64,000 nucleotides of DNA from Schmidtea nova (Eukaryota). Under the pieces are notes generated by a model. It saw only the letters and a program-made list of their open reading frames with translations. It did not search any database and was not told the origin of the DNA. The translations under genes were made by a program, and so were the position numbers. The DNA is taken from the NCBI GenBank assembly GCA_044892505.1, contig CM097883.1, positions 78,182,001 to 78,246,000 of the forward strand, in the 5' to 3' direction. Shown here piece after piece: positions 12,120 through 24,039 of the stretch. Positions within the stretch are counted from its first letter, which is position 1. Each line of letters opens with the position of its first letter.

Positions 12120-12720
12120 CATATTATCATTAACAATAATTATACAATAATGCCCATATGCAAAACATTTTTTGGGCCCAGCTAGACCATTTTATCATCC
12201 TTATTTGTTAGAGCCACCTTTGTAGTTTTAAATGTATACAGTTGATGATTTTAGGAACATAGTCTCGTTTGGATAACGTATACAGTTGATGATTTTAGGA
12301 ACATAGTCTCGTTTGGATAACTTTAGATATTTCTATTCCGTTAAAGCAATTAAAGTATGGTTGATGAGTTATCTCTGTTTCATTCAATCTAATACCTTTG
12401 GCTCATAGTTTTCTTTGGAACCACCTAAAAGACTTTGGTGGAATAAATATCCATTCGTCATATAAGACTCATTTACTTTCGTCCTTAAACTTTCCTATAA
12501 CAGAATCCAATATTTTATTATAAATGGGATGAATGGGATTATAGTTGAATGTGCCACAGAATCATCGTCAGAGGGTATGGAAAAATGATTATTTATAATC
12601 AACAAAAGAAATAATACATATAAACTTTTAATTTTAGTGCATGTGTGATATAAAATAGGTAAAACTGTAAACTTCTGTCGAAATGACAATCATAAAAAAT
12701 TATTTAGTAATTGTTTTAAT
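12120..12720 (-). pseudogene. 3' remnant of protein-primed family-B DNA polymerase (pPolB)
   Basis: Minus strand gives HPIYNKILDSVIGKFKDE and KTTKVALTNKDDK, resembling the pPolB C-terminal GKFKDE and KxALSxxDDKR motifs; exact 44-bp tandem duplication at 12234-12321. Confidence 0.65.
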
Positions 12721-14991
12721 AAATAACAAATGATAAAAATCGAAAAATTTATAGAAACATATACTTCATTAATTGGAATATATAAAATAAACATGAAAAA
12801 TAAAAATAAAAATAAAATACCTTGCGAGGTGCGATTGGAGCATACACCTCGCCTTTCAAGATAATTATCCTTACATTGAGCTTTCTTCCGATAAATCAGG
12901 AAACTGCTGTCGGACCAGATAGGCTTGGATAAATTTGTGTTTTCTCAATAACGAGTTCTAACAATCGGTGATCCAACAAAGGCTTTAGAGAATTATTGTT
13001 GTTTTCAATAATAAACGATGTAAGCGTTCAAACAAGTCATGAGTACCCGCAATAAGCTCAAAATTTCAAAAAACTATCCTTTGAAAATTTTTAAGAAAAC
13101 CTCTGTGTTTCTTGAAATGAAATATCCAAAAACAATGTTTAGAGTTTTAAAAAAGTCTCTCGGATAATATTTTTAACAATTAGTGTCAAAAAAGTGTATT
13201 TCAGAAAAGAGTGTTTTTTCCAAATGAGTGTTTATAGAAAAAGTGGTTTATTTTCTCACAAACTGGTGGTTTTTTGCCCGATTTGGTGGCGATTTGTTGG
13301 GGAAAAAAGGTTGGGGATATCTTGATCTTAACACAGATTTGACTCTACAAATATAAATATAACGATTAAATAAAATTCAAATAAGGAAGTGTTCACCGAT
13401 AAATTATATTTCAAATTATAAAATAAATATGTTGGTAAATATTAAAAGTAGGTACAATAAATGGTATTAGATACCACAGAAGAATTCAGCAAGAGGTAAT
13501 CGGTGGTGCTAAATGCCCACACCGTTTTGTATATTACAGATGAGGAAAGTAAAGGTTAGATTTTAGGGCTACTCAGGTGAATACAACAAATCAAACTGTT
13601 GATTCGCGATAAATATATCAACAAATAATACCAACTGATTCAATAAGTGAGTGAAATCAAAATTTTCTCAATAGCTTTTAAAAATGCAAATGATACGCTA
13701 TTTAACAGTTCCTTCTCTTCTGAGCTAAATATAAAAAATTAATCCTCTCTTGGATTGAACTGTTCAAAACATTTCTCTAGAATTATCGTATTCTTTTCTT
13801 TCTTTTCGTTTCATACTTGTCGATAGTTTATTAAATTCTACACAGGTGAAGACACTTGGTAGACAGGCAAATACCTTTCTCTTATTTCACTGGTCTTGTT
13901 GACCTTATTTATATTATAAATTTTGGAATGTTAAATAGTTCTTAGTGTTTTTATATTACTAATTTAATAATAATTATTATATATATTTTTATTTTTAGTA
14001 TATTTAAAATATTATTGATATTATATTTTTATTTTTAATAATTTTAACTTTCTATTTTTAATATTATAATTAAATTTTGATTAAACTAACATAATTTGGA
14101 CACAAGGTCCATCCCTAACAGATTTATATAGTGATTATTTCTACCTCCTCATTTGATGCAGTAAACCAAGTTTTTCATGATCAAATTTTTCGATTTTTTG
14201 AATTAAATTATTTTCATTTTTTCAAAAATTAAAATTATATTTTTGTATAAAATTTTATTAAAGTTTTAAATAAATTTATTTTAATCTAAAATTTTATATG
14301 TTAATCAAAGTTTTTACCAATTTAACAAATTTTGTTAAATTTTTTTCAAATTTTTTTCTTTTGCATTTTCTCATTTATTTTTATATAAATGGAAAGAATT
14401 TTCTATAAAACATTTGAGTTTTTTCTAATTTGTAGTTAATTTACTGAAATTAATGTTTTTATGTTATTTTTGTTTTTTACGTGTTTATTTGATGCAATTG
14501 TTCATTTTATTTTTAAAATGTGTTTTAATTAAATCGTATTGTGTTTCTGTGGTTTGTTTATTTGGTGTTTTCTGATAATATTTCAAGTTCACTTATTGTG
14601 CGCTCTTTACGTGCTGCGTTACCGTTTTAATCAAACATTACTTGTTTGCGTTTAGTTTTGCCAAGAAGTTGTTAGGTGCATGATATTTTGACACAGCATT
14701 TATTAAGTGTGTACTTCCTTGATAAATTTGATAAAAGCTGCGCCAAAATATTGTGTATCTAACAACAAAAATAAATTTTGATCTAGTCATACGATTATGA
14801 AAATTATTGATTTAAAGATTTTAATTAATTAATTTGTAAGTATATTTGTAATTACGTCCCCATAGATTTGAAAATTCTTCTTCAACTTTTCATTCGCTAA
14901 ATGCTCATACCATTTTCCCGAAAATATTCATTTATAACTTCTTAATGTTTTTATTAATTTTTGCACTTTCATTTTGATTTCACATTTAGAA

Positions 14992-15618
14992 TGTAGTGCC
15001 TCCGTCATTTATCTATTATTTATATATTAAAAGTAACTAAAATTTAATTAAATATATTTTTAATTATATAAGAATATAAAAGAAAAATAACATCGATATA
15101 TATGGGTTGTTTAACCATTAACCAGGTAATGGTAATATCCTTCCCACATAAAAAAATACATTTTACCGGGCAATGGTTGTAAATTTCCCACAAAATGTCA
15201 AAAATGTTTTTCAGGATTTCCACAAGGATTTTCTTTTTTGCAATATATATTTTTTTAAATATACTCTACAAGTAATTTGATTGCACAAATACATTTTTAA
15301 TAAGTTTGCTATATATCTGTGGCCTGGTTAAGATTTAAAAAAGCAGATTTGTTTTAAAAGAGGAGTTTTGTGAGAAGAAAAGATTTTTGAAAACAGATTT
15401 AGTTCAAAAAGCACGTTTAAAGAAAGAAGCACTAAAAAGCAATTTTGTTACAAGCACTAAAAGAGAAGTTAAAAGAAGAAGTACAAAAAATACAAGTTTA
15501 AAAGACGAAGAGCAGTTTTAAATCCTACAAGTTTACAAATAAACAACAAATGAATATTTTAATCAAATATATTTTATGTATTGGTTTATTAATTTTTGAT
15601 TCAGTTACATTCACTAAA
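14992..15618 (+). repeat. 5' LTR (contains a 224-bp TTAA-flanked insertion)
   Basis: Starts TGTAGTG, ends CACTAAA; aligns with the 3' LTR except for 15115-15338. Confidence 0.95.
15115..15334. mobile_element. piggyBac-like MITE inside the 5' LTR
   Basis: Flanked by a TTAA duplication (single TTAA at the matching position of the 3' LTR); short inverted ends TTAACCAGG / CCTGGTTAA. Confidence 0.7.
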
Positions 15619-16584
15619 AATGGTGTCAGAAGACCTGATCATGCCGATCTCTCTCGTATTCAGTACAGTTTCAAGACTCCTAGCACGACATTTCAACAAG
15701 CATCAGAAACTGAATACCGAAGATCTGAATCGGAAAAGCGCGAAAGCAACAATTACAACAAGCAATCAATCGAATACTCAGTTAATTTCGTCTCATCTCC
15801 TAAACAGAATCTTATTGGTCACAGATTTACTATGCAATGTAAAGTCATTCCGAAATTCGCAAACACCAGATACTCATGGTACAAAAATGGTCAATTAATT
15901 AGCTATGATGAGAGCACCACTTTTGAACAATTGAGACGAGAAGATTTGGGTTCTTATAAATGCGCTGTTAAAGGAACTACTGAGACCGGGTCAACAATGG
16001 AATTGGAAGCCTCGATATTTCAACCAGCCTCAGAAACTACATTCCGTCAATCAGTAGAAACAGGAAAGCGCGAAAGTGTCAATTACAACAGGCAATCAGT
16101 TGAATACTCAGTCAACATCGTCTCATCACCTGAACAATATGTCATTGGTCAAAGATTTACCACGCAATGTGAAGTTAATCCTCAATTCAAAACTGCTAGT
16201 TATTCTTGTCCGTTGCGTAAACTCGACCTCGGCTCCTATTCATGTGTGGTTTACGGGTCCACTAACAACGGAGTGGCAATTCAACTGGAAGCGTCTATCT
16301 CTCAAAACAATTGCGGCAGTTACTTCGTATTATCTGGCGAGTGGTATTTTATATCTATTATTTATAATATTACATTACATAATATATTATATTTATTTAC
16401 ATTATTTTTATTCATACTAAATTTTAAAATTATTTATATTATTCTTCTCAAAATTTACAAATACTCTGCCCAGTTTCTTTTCGACAGCTTCAATACAAGT
16501 TACGCCCACAACCCTACACACACTTTCTTGTACAACAGAGATTCTTCCACCACCACCGAGATTTTCCCCCAAAATATGTCTTAA
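15550..16584 (+). CDS. 344-aa ORF: LTR-derived hydrophobic N-terminus, two tandem Ig-like domains, hydrophobic tail
   Basis: Ig1 has C-x12-W(YKNG)-x27-C with DLGSYKC; Ig2 is a diverged repeat (327-nt period) with DLGSYSC and an in-frame 48-nt deletion of the W strand; no stop in 344 codons. Confidence 0.75.
   Translation: MNILIKYILCIGLLIFDSVTFTKNGVRRPDHADLSRIQYSFKTPSTTFQQASETEYRRSESEKRESNNYNKQSIEYSVNFVSSPKQNLIGHRFTMQCKVIPKFANTRYSWYKNGQLISYDESTTFEQLRREDLGSYKCAVKGTTETGSTMELEASIFQPASETTFRQSVETGKRESVNYNRQSVEYSVNIVSSPEQYVIGQRFTTQCEVNPQFKTASYSCPLRKLDLGSYSCVVYGSTNNGVAIQLEASISQNNCGSYFVLSGEWYFISIIYNITLHNILYLFTLFLFILNFKIIYIILLKIYKYSAQFLFDSFNTSYAHNPTHTFLYNRDSSTTTEIFPQNMS
15621..15632 (+). promoter_or_regulatory. 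Primer-binding site complementary to the tRNA-Leu(CAA) 3' end
   Basis: TGGTGTCAGAAG, 2 nt after the LTR end; the reverse complement CTTCTGACACCA is the canonical eukaryotic tRNA-Leu(CAA) 3' terminus. Confidence 0.8.
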
Positions 16585-16766
16585 CGCTCTTCAATAACAA
16601 AATAACTCAAGTAAATATCATCACAGATTTACACACAGATATAGCTGCGTTTCACCACATTTACAACACATCTTTTTATTTATCGACCAACACATTTCGC
16701 ATCGCTACAACCTCTGAAATCAAACCAAACTCGATCGTAGTCGTCCATTTACGTATTCTTGGAGGC
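16572..16766 (+). pseudogene. Ubiquitin-like module upstream of gag
   Basis: Open frame (16428-16886, no ATG) reads ..TLFNNKITQVNII..FYLSTNTFRIATTSEIKPNSIVVVHLRILGG and then runs into Gag-like sequence. Confidence 0.5.
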
Positions 16767-16799
16767 GTGCGACCTCAAACAGAACCGACTTCCTCATTC

Positions 16800-19700
16800 G
16801 TTCCCCGTCCAATTTTGTTTTTTTTGGATCCCGACGGTACATCCTCGCCGATGCTCTTTATTCAGATAACCCGTACGATGATTTGAAATCCCTGATAGTA
16901 TCCAAGTATATCTCATCACAGAACCAGGCTCTCACAAAACCTTTGGCACCACAAAATTGCATCGGACAACAACCCAGCATTTTCTTAGCACATATTGCTC
17001 GCTCCAACGACACCGCCATACCTGATTTGTCCAAAAACACACAGCTCTTAAAAGACCAATTTCTTTCCGCACTTCCATACCATTTACAAACCTCCCTCGC
17101 ATTGGAACTCTGAAGACCCGTACCATCTTGCTAAAATAGCCGATCGCATCTACGCACTTCAACCCCATAAACTTCGCACCGATAATTACACTTACCACCA
17201 CCATATCCCATCGTCAACTCAACACATACATATGATATCCACTACCCTCGCAACGTCGAAAGATATGCCATCCACACGCCGCCCTCGCATAATGTACAAC
17301 ATCCGAACCAACCACCAACAACACGCACACAAAACATACAACCCAATAATAGTTCACAACTAATCTGCTTTTACCATAACAGATTTAAACAACACGCACA
17401 GAAATGCTGCATCGGTTGCACTTCCGAATTCCGTACGCGTCATAACCCAATCATTCCAATGTGCATTCACCATCACCTTTTCAAGACAAGGGCATCATCC
17501 GAAGCACTTCTTCCCCATGGAATTCCCCTATTCATGTAGTCACGAAGAAAAACGGCTCCTTCCACCCCTGTGGCGATTTTTGCGCGTTGAACAGCCTAAC
17601 AATTCATGACGCTTACCCTATGCCACTCATCAAGGACCTATTTTCACGTTTTTCCGGGAATACAGTCTTTTCAACGATCGACCTCGCCAAAGTTTTTCAT
17701 CAGTTCCCTGTAAATTCAGATGACATTCCAAAAACAGAGGTAACTACCCCTTTCGGCAATTTCGAATAATTGTTCATGCCATTTGGCCTGAGGAATGCTG
17801 CACAAACACTCCAACGCTTCATAGACATCACCTTCCCACATCTCAACCACACCTTCACCTATCTAAACGATATTATTGTCGCTTCTCCGACGAGTCCACA
17901 CACGTAAGAGACTTAATACAGGTTTTCGAAGTCCTCCACAGAAATAACCTCCGGATTAGCCATGATAAGTGCCAGTTCTTCAAGTCGTGCGTCCGCTTTC
18001 TAGGCCACATACTGTCAGCAGACGGATGCGAACCATTCTCAGAAAGGCTAGACATTATCCATTCATTTCCCAAACCATCCACGGTCACAGAACTTCGCAG
18101 CTTTCTCGGAACTGTAAACTTCTGTTACAGATTTATCCCGAACTAGTCCCACATTACCGCACCACTATCAACACTCAATCACGGCCCCAAAAGGCTTTTA
18201 TAAAATGGTCCGACGAAACAGATCAGGCCTTCACCGACGTAAAAGACGCATTGACTAATATCTCAACGCTGTATTACCCACATAACGACCTCCCATTCAC
18301 TCTAACCACCGACGCCTCAGAGATAGCGGCCTGGCCATTCTCCACCAAATTAAATACAACGTTTCTCTCCCCATCGAATTTTTTCCACGTAAATACTCAT
18401 TAGCAGAAACAAGGTACAGCGCCTTCGACAAAGAACTACTAGCCATCGTGCTGTCCGTCAAACATTTCCGGCACTTCCTAGAGTGTAGACATTTCACAAT
18501 ATTCACCGACCATAAGCCTCTCCTACACTGCCTCACCATGAAAGATCCATCAAATAGGGTATTCCGTCAGCTCGCTTTTTTATCATCGTTTGATTTTGTG
18601 ATCAAACACATTGCCGGAGGTGACACGTCATTGCAGATTGCCTTTCGCGTGCGATCATAAACTCAATATCTTTTTCTCCCATCTTCTCGCTAGACATTCT
18701 TGCATCCACGCATCCTTCCAAGAAAGACATTTCAAGATTTAAAGACTTCCACAAACTCATCGATGGTGTACATTATGATACATCTTTTAAAAGCACACTA
18801 CGCCCATAATACACGAGTCACTCCGCAAAGAAGCATTTTTCGTGGTTCATAACCTACACCATCCCGGCATTAAATCCACATACGCTCTACTACGCTAGAA
18901 AGTTACCTGTTACGCCCTATTCAAAAATGTCAAACGATGGGTCAGTGAGTGTCAAGGGTGCCGGCAACATAAAATTAACAAGCATGTCAAACCACCGCTC
19001 ACCCCTTTCCCTACAGGTTCCCACTTCGGCATTTTGCACATCGACCTAGTAGAACCACTCCCGACAGACAACGGTTTTTCCTTCATCCTTACCATGATAG
19101 ATCGTAAGACACGATGGTTCGAAGCAGTACCCATACCCAATATCACAGCACCTACAGTAGCAGACTACTTAGCGTCTACCTGGTTCTCTCGTTACGATAT
19201 CCCTACCACCATCATTACAGATCAAGGCCGCCATTTCGAATCGGACTTATTTAATTACATAACAAACGCCCTCAATATTAAGTACATACGCACTTCCGCC
19301 TATTATCCACAGACCAACGGCCTAGTCGAACGCGCTCACCGCACTATCAAGACCTCACTTCGCATTCTCGCATCTTCCTATGGATGGACCAAATCCTTGC
19401 AGTTCGTACTACTTGGATGGCACAACAAACCTAATCGTTCAAGCGGAGTTTCTCCGGCACAGTTATTGTTCGGCTCCAACACACTCATGCTATCACAGCT
19501 TATAGATACAGACTCCGAATCGTCCCTCCAACAAATAAACCAGGCCCACAGCCACTTCCTTGCCTTGAACTCTAACCCGTCCTTCATATCCTCTACCTCT
19601 TACAAGCCTTACATGCCAAATACTCTTACCTCAGTCTCACATGCCAGGTTAAAATACATTGACTCATCCAACATGAAGCCCTGGTATAAAGGACCCTTCC

Positions 19701-19995
19701 CCATTATAAAAATGCATAAGAACACGGCTCAACTATACATAGACGGTACAACACAAAAAAACCTGTCAAAAACCTGAACCACTTAAAACCGGCTTTTATA
19801 CTGATAGAACAGGACAACGAGCTTCCCCTGCACCACCAATCAGACGAAGATCTAACCGACGACCCCCCATATAATCCAAACTCACAGGTTCTCTATCCCT
19901 TACCCATTCCGCAGGCCGAACCATTTTGTGATCTATCATCACACAACCACATCCGCCGTCCTCCACAGTATCTCTCAGACTACCATCTCGATTTC
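16800..19995 (+). pseudogene. Gypsy gag-pol (Gag, RT, RNase H, integrase); protease region deleted
   Basis: Gag PYDDLK..PS..L..FLSALP and CFYH..C..C; RT SPWNSPIHVV, TPFG, MPFGLRNA, YLND (mutated YLDD); RNase H TDAS, DKELLAI, FTDHKPL; integrase H..HPG..C..C, HIDLV, DQG..FES, NGLVER; C-terminal RRPPQYLSDY. Confidence 0.95.
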
Positions 19996-20061
19996 CAATC
20001 TGACCCTTGAATTCCGTTTTGCCCTTTTCCCATACGCTCCGCGTACTTCGGCGGGAGCTAA

Positions 20062-20486
20062 TGTAGTGCCTCCGTCATTTATCTATTATTTATATATTAA
20101 AAGTAACTAAAATTTAATTAAATATATTTTTAATTATATAAGAATATAAAAGAAAAATAACATATCGATATATAGGGGTTGTTTAAAAAAGCAGATTTAT
20201 TTTAAAAAGAAGTTTTGTGAGAAGAAAAGATTTTTGAATACAGATTTAGTTCAAAAAGCACGTTTAAAGAAAGAAGCACTAAAAAGCAATTTTGTTGGAA
20301 GCACTAAAAAAGCAATTTTGTTACAAGCACTAAAAGAGAAATTAAAAGAAGTACAAAAAATACAAGTTTAAAAGAAGAAGAGCAGTTTAATCCTATAAGT
20401 TTACAAATAAACAACAAATAAATATTTTAATCAAATATATTTTATGTATTGGTTTATTAATTTTTCATTCAGTTACATTCACTAAA
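20062..20486 (+). repeat. 3' LTR
   Basis: Direct repeat of the 5' LTR followed by the TSD TAGAA. Confidence 0.95.
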
Positions 20487-23400
20487 TAGAAATTTTAATA
20501 AATTCTCTACTCGATTTTTTAATTGATTATATATCTCAATTTTATTTCCCATTAATTTGCGTTAAACACATATTTTTTTCTGTATACTATTATAGTTGTA
20601 ATGTTGAATTTTTTTGTCCAGTGATTTTGGGAATGAAATAAAATATCTCCTTTTGGTTTCACCTTTGATCTCTTTTTTAATTCAATAATTTTCATATTAA
20701 TATTTTTTTGGTTATTAGGCACACGATTATATTACTTATTAAATGTAACACGTGATACTTAATAAAATATATTTCTATTTATTCAAAGGGGTACCCTAAT
20801 CCATTTTGCAGCAAGGCCACAAAATAATTTAGCACGAGCTTGTTGCACCATCACAAACAGAAAGCGATATACACCGTATAACACTGAATACAGCCTTCTA
20901 TAATATTAGTTGGTGCGTATGTCAGTGATAAATCATGATTTTTAACTGGATAAAGTAAGAAATTTACATAAATTTATCATTTAAATATGACTTTTTAGAA
21001 ATTTACCAACTTTATAATGGATTTATTTTCACACAAAGTAAGAAACTAAAGTAAAATTTAAAATTTTATATCATTAATCTCCTAAGATATCTAATATTTT
21101 GCAGCATTTTGGAAAAAAGCGCTGAATATGTAGATAATAATTTTTAAGATTTTTATATTCATCTATTTCTAACTCATTTTGCAATGCTTCTTTTTTAGGC
21201 CAAATTTTAATAGTGTAATTAATTGTTTTTTAAGATTCTAAACAGACTGCCAAATTTTATGTGATCCTCCCCATTTTCCATTACATTGAAGATTTTGGCT
21301 TTGTCATTTTCTGATATTCTATTACAATATAACATTTTTAAAATTTTAGCCAATTGTTGGATTATTAATGAATAGTCGGTTGATATCTGACTCCTGTGTT
21401 CTTTCTTTCAAGACAACAAATTAGACCCAACACAATAAATTTTTATTTCTCCAATTCTATCGCAAAAAATATCAATCACAAAAGTTATAATTGTTATCTG
21501 CACTCTGCGTTAGGGTAGAAGACCCAATGGGAGATATCCGTTTCTGGTACCCAGGAAAATTGATAAATCGATACTCTACAACTTTCAATTACCGTTTTAG
21601 CTTTCTTTATGAGTTTTCTATTCTCACTCAATTCTTTAAATTTTTCTTCGAGCAACTGGCGATATCGGCAAATGACTCTCAGTTTATATAGCGCCTTTTT
21701 CCTTTCATCCTGTCACATTAATTGGATCTATCAAAATAAAATAATTTGATTGCTTTTGCCACTGCCTAATTGAATTTTGCTGAAACTGGGTTCGCGGCTT
21801 TTCCCGGAGCATCCTTTGCTCATTCAATTTATTTGGATAATTAAATGATCTTGTTGATGCCCCGGGTTTCTCACATCGCTCGGGTTTCCCATTAGGCAAT
21901 TAATAATTTTTAATTAATTTGTATTTTCTTAATATTTCTTTCTGGAGGGCCCTTTTTACTTTAATATACCCATATTTAAATTTTCCTCATCATTTTGCAT
22001 CCTCCCATACCAGTTCCCCCTCTAAATCTTTATTTTTGATTTTTATAAATTCTTAATTAATGTTTGCCAATTTTATAATTATTTTTCCAAATTTGTATTT
22101 TTTATTGATTTGCCCTTAACTTTTGTACCTTTTACTTTTACTTCCTGTTTATTTTAACAACCTTAACACAATAAAACCGACGTTTTCCTAGTTTTTTTGT
22201 AAATCAAGCACTGCAGAACACAAAAACTCTTTCATTAAATGATACTATGAAAATTTTGATTTAATGATATATTGAAAAATAATTTTTACAAATTTGACTG
22301 ATCATTTCCCCGGAAAAGTTTACGTTGATCCTTCAGAAATATTGGAATTGCTATAAAAATTTTAATTAATTATAAAAATTAAATCTTACAATATGTCCTC
22401 TTGAAAAATAATCTTTTTCAAAGATTTTGCTTTTAAAATTGGTTTCATTTTAAGTCAATAAAAAATAATTAAAATAAAGAAGATAATAACTTTTTTGCGT
22501 GTTTAAAATTTTTTTATTGCTTTTTGTTGATTGATTAAAATTTTTCCCATTAACATTTTTCATGCAGTTTCTACTATATAATGCCGTTTTGTGGTCTAAA
22601 AATTTTTCCTACCCTTTTTGTCTAACACATAATGAAGATATTATTCATTGTTAGCACACCGATAACACAAAAGTGAGTTTTTGGAATTTTTAGTATAATT
22701 TCATTTTATATTATAGGAGGCGGTATTCATCATTATACGGTGTATAAGTGACCTCTTATTTTAGACAAAGATACATAAAAACAACACTCACATTGTCAGT
22801 TATCAAATATATTTAACACTTTTAAACTAATAATTCTTATCGCTCACTCATCCAAAGATAAGGCCAGTGACCATTTTTGTTACAAACTAGTCATAGTATT
22901 AAATCATTTAATTTACTATTTATCAAGTTAAATTGTTGCTAGAATCAGATTAAATTAAAGGCTGAGTAAATTCCATAATAGTAAAAGAAATTTTTGTGTT
23001 AATGAATCTTATTCGTCGTGTTAAATAAATTTTTAAACAAAAGAATGTTGAAACTTTATTATGAATTAGATATGCGCAACTCCGATAAAAATGCATTCCA
23101 ATAAGAATTATAAATCAAATAAATATTCATCCTCATCAAGCCATCACTTTTGTAGAATAATGTAATGCTACCATCTTTCCATTAAATTCAATCACTCATT
23201 TCTGTAACTTCTGAACTTTTATGCACCAATGTTCTTGAGTACATTCAACTTTTACACATTCTTCAAAATCTTGGAATATCACAAAGGGTTTCAGTTCAAC
23301 GTTCGCTTTTATGAGCTTTTCCAAATTTATTTAGTATTTATAATATTCTATCAAATCTCGTTTTATGGTCGTATAATATCAACCATTTTTTTAATATCGT

Positions 23401-24039
23401 GTTAATTGAATTAAAATTTTAAATTAAATTAAATTTATTAGTAATTTTCTCCTTACTACCTTAATCTTTTTTATTCACTTTGTTAGTCATTGTTCATTTC
23501 AAATAATTCTGATTCAGATAGTTCTTGTTGTGAAAAATAAATCACGTGTGTAGTATGACTATAAAATAATGCCCATTGATAATTGTATAACAGGTATTTA
23601 TGCCGAAATGATATGACTGAATATTATTTAATGCATGCCTAAGTGTCAAATGTGTTATGTGGGAAGTTGGATGATTCTAAAAATTTTTAAAGTTATTGGT
23701 GACAAAATATTGAAAATGTGAAATTGAAAATTTAGAAAAGATTTTAAATTTAAAAGTTAAAATTGAAAAGAATATTTCAAATTGAAAAATTTTAAATAAA
23801 AAAATGAAGATGGTAAATTTGTTTAAATAGCATAACAAATGAAAATCAATTAAAGTTTTTGTTAATCATTTAATTGAATAAATTTTATGGATTTATTTAG
23901 TGACTCACAAATCAATTGTAAAGCTTCAAAGGATGAAAATCCTAATAGGTGTGATATTATATAATGTATGCATGTTTGTATATTGCTCAAGGCATTTACT
24001 ATAAATGTATTTTCCCTCCTAAGATTAACCTCTTTTTGA

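Larger units (their letters stand above)
6384..12720. mobile_element. Decayed Maverick/Polinton (polintovirus) remnant
   Basis: Co-linear ATPase, core protein, rve integrase, minor capsid, second core protein, major capsid and cysteine protease on +, pPolB 3' end on -. Termini/TIRs not found. Confidence 0.9.
14992..20486 (+). mobile_element. Full-length Ty3/Gypsy LTR retrotransposon (CsRn1-like), internally decayed, with Ig cargo
   Basis: Matching LTRs 14992-15618 and 20062-20486; 5-bp TSD TAGAA (14987-14991, 20487-20491); PBS at 15621; purine-rich tract GGCGGGAGC before the 3' LTR; gag, RT, RNase H, integrase in Gypsy order. Confidence 0.95.

Noticed and set aside
12824-12852. 8-bp stem GCGAGGTG / CACCTCGC beside the pPolB remnant as a possible Maverick terminus
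   Set aside because: Too short, no partner TIR at the left end, and it sits next to a minus-strand splice-donor-like AG|GTATTT, so it may simply be exon sequence.
13060-14990. AT-rich stretch with possible small exons or element ends
   Set aside because: No TIR/TSD pair or protein motif could be supported.
16341-16487. Possible intron joining the Ig ORF to the ubiquitin-like frame
   Set aside because: The available GT donors (16341, 16344) with the AG acceptor at 16487 keep the Ig frame and do not enter the UBL frame, so splicing does not create the fusion.
20790-23400. Several decayed minus-strand coding-like fragments (20790-20960, 21240-22100, 23100-23350)
   Set aside because: Many stops and no diagnostic motif; cannot tell host exons from TE debris.
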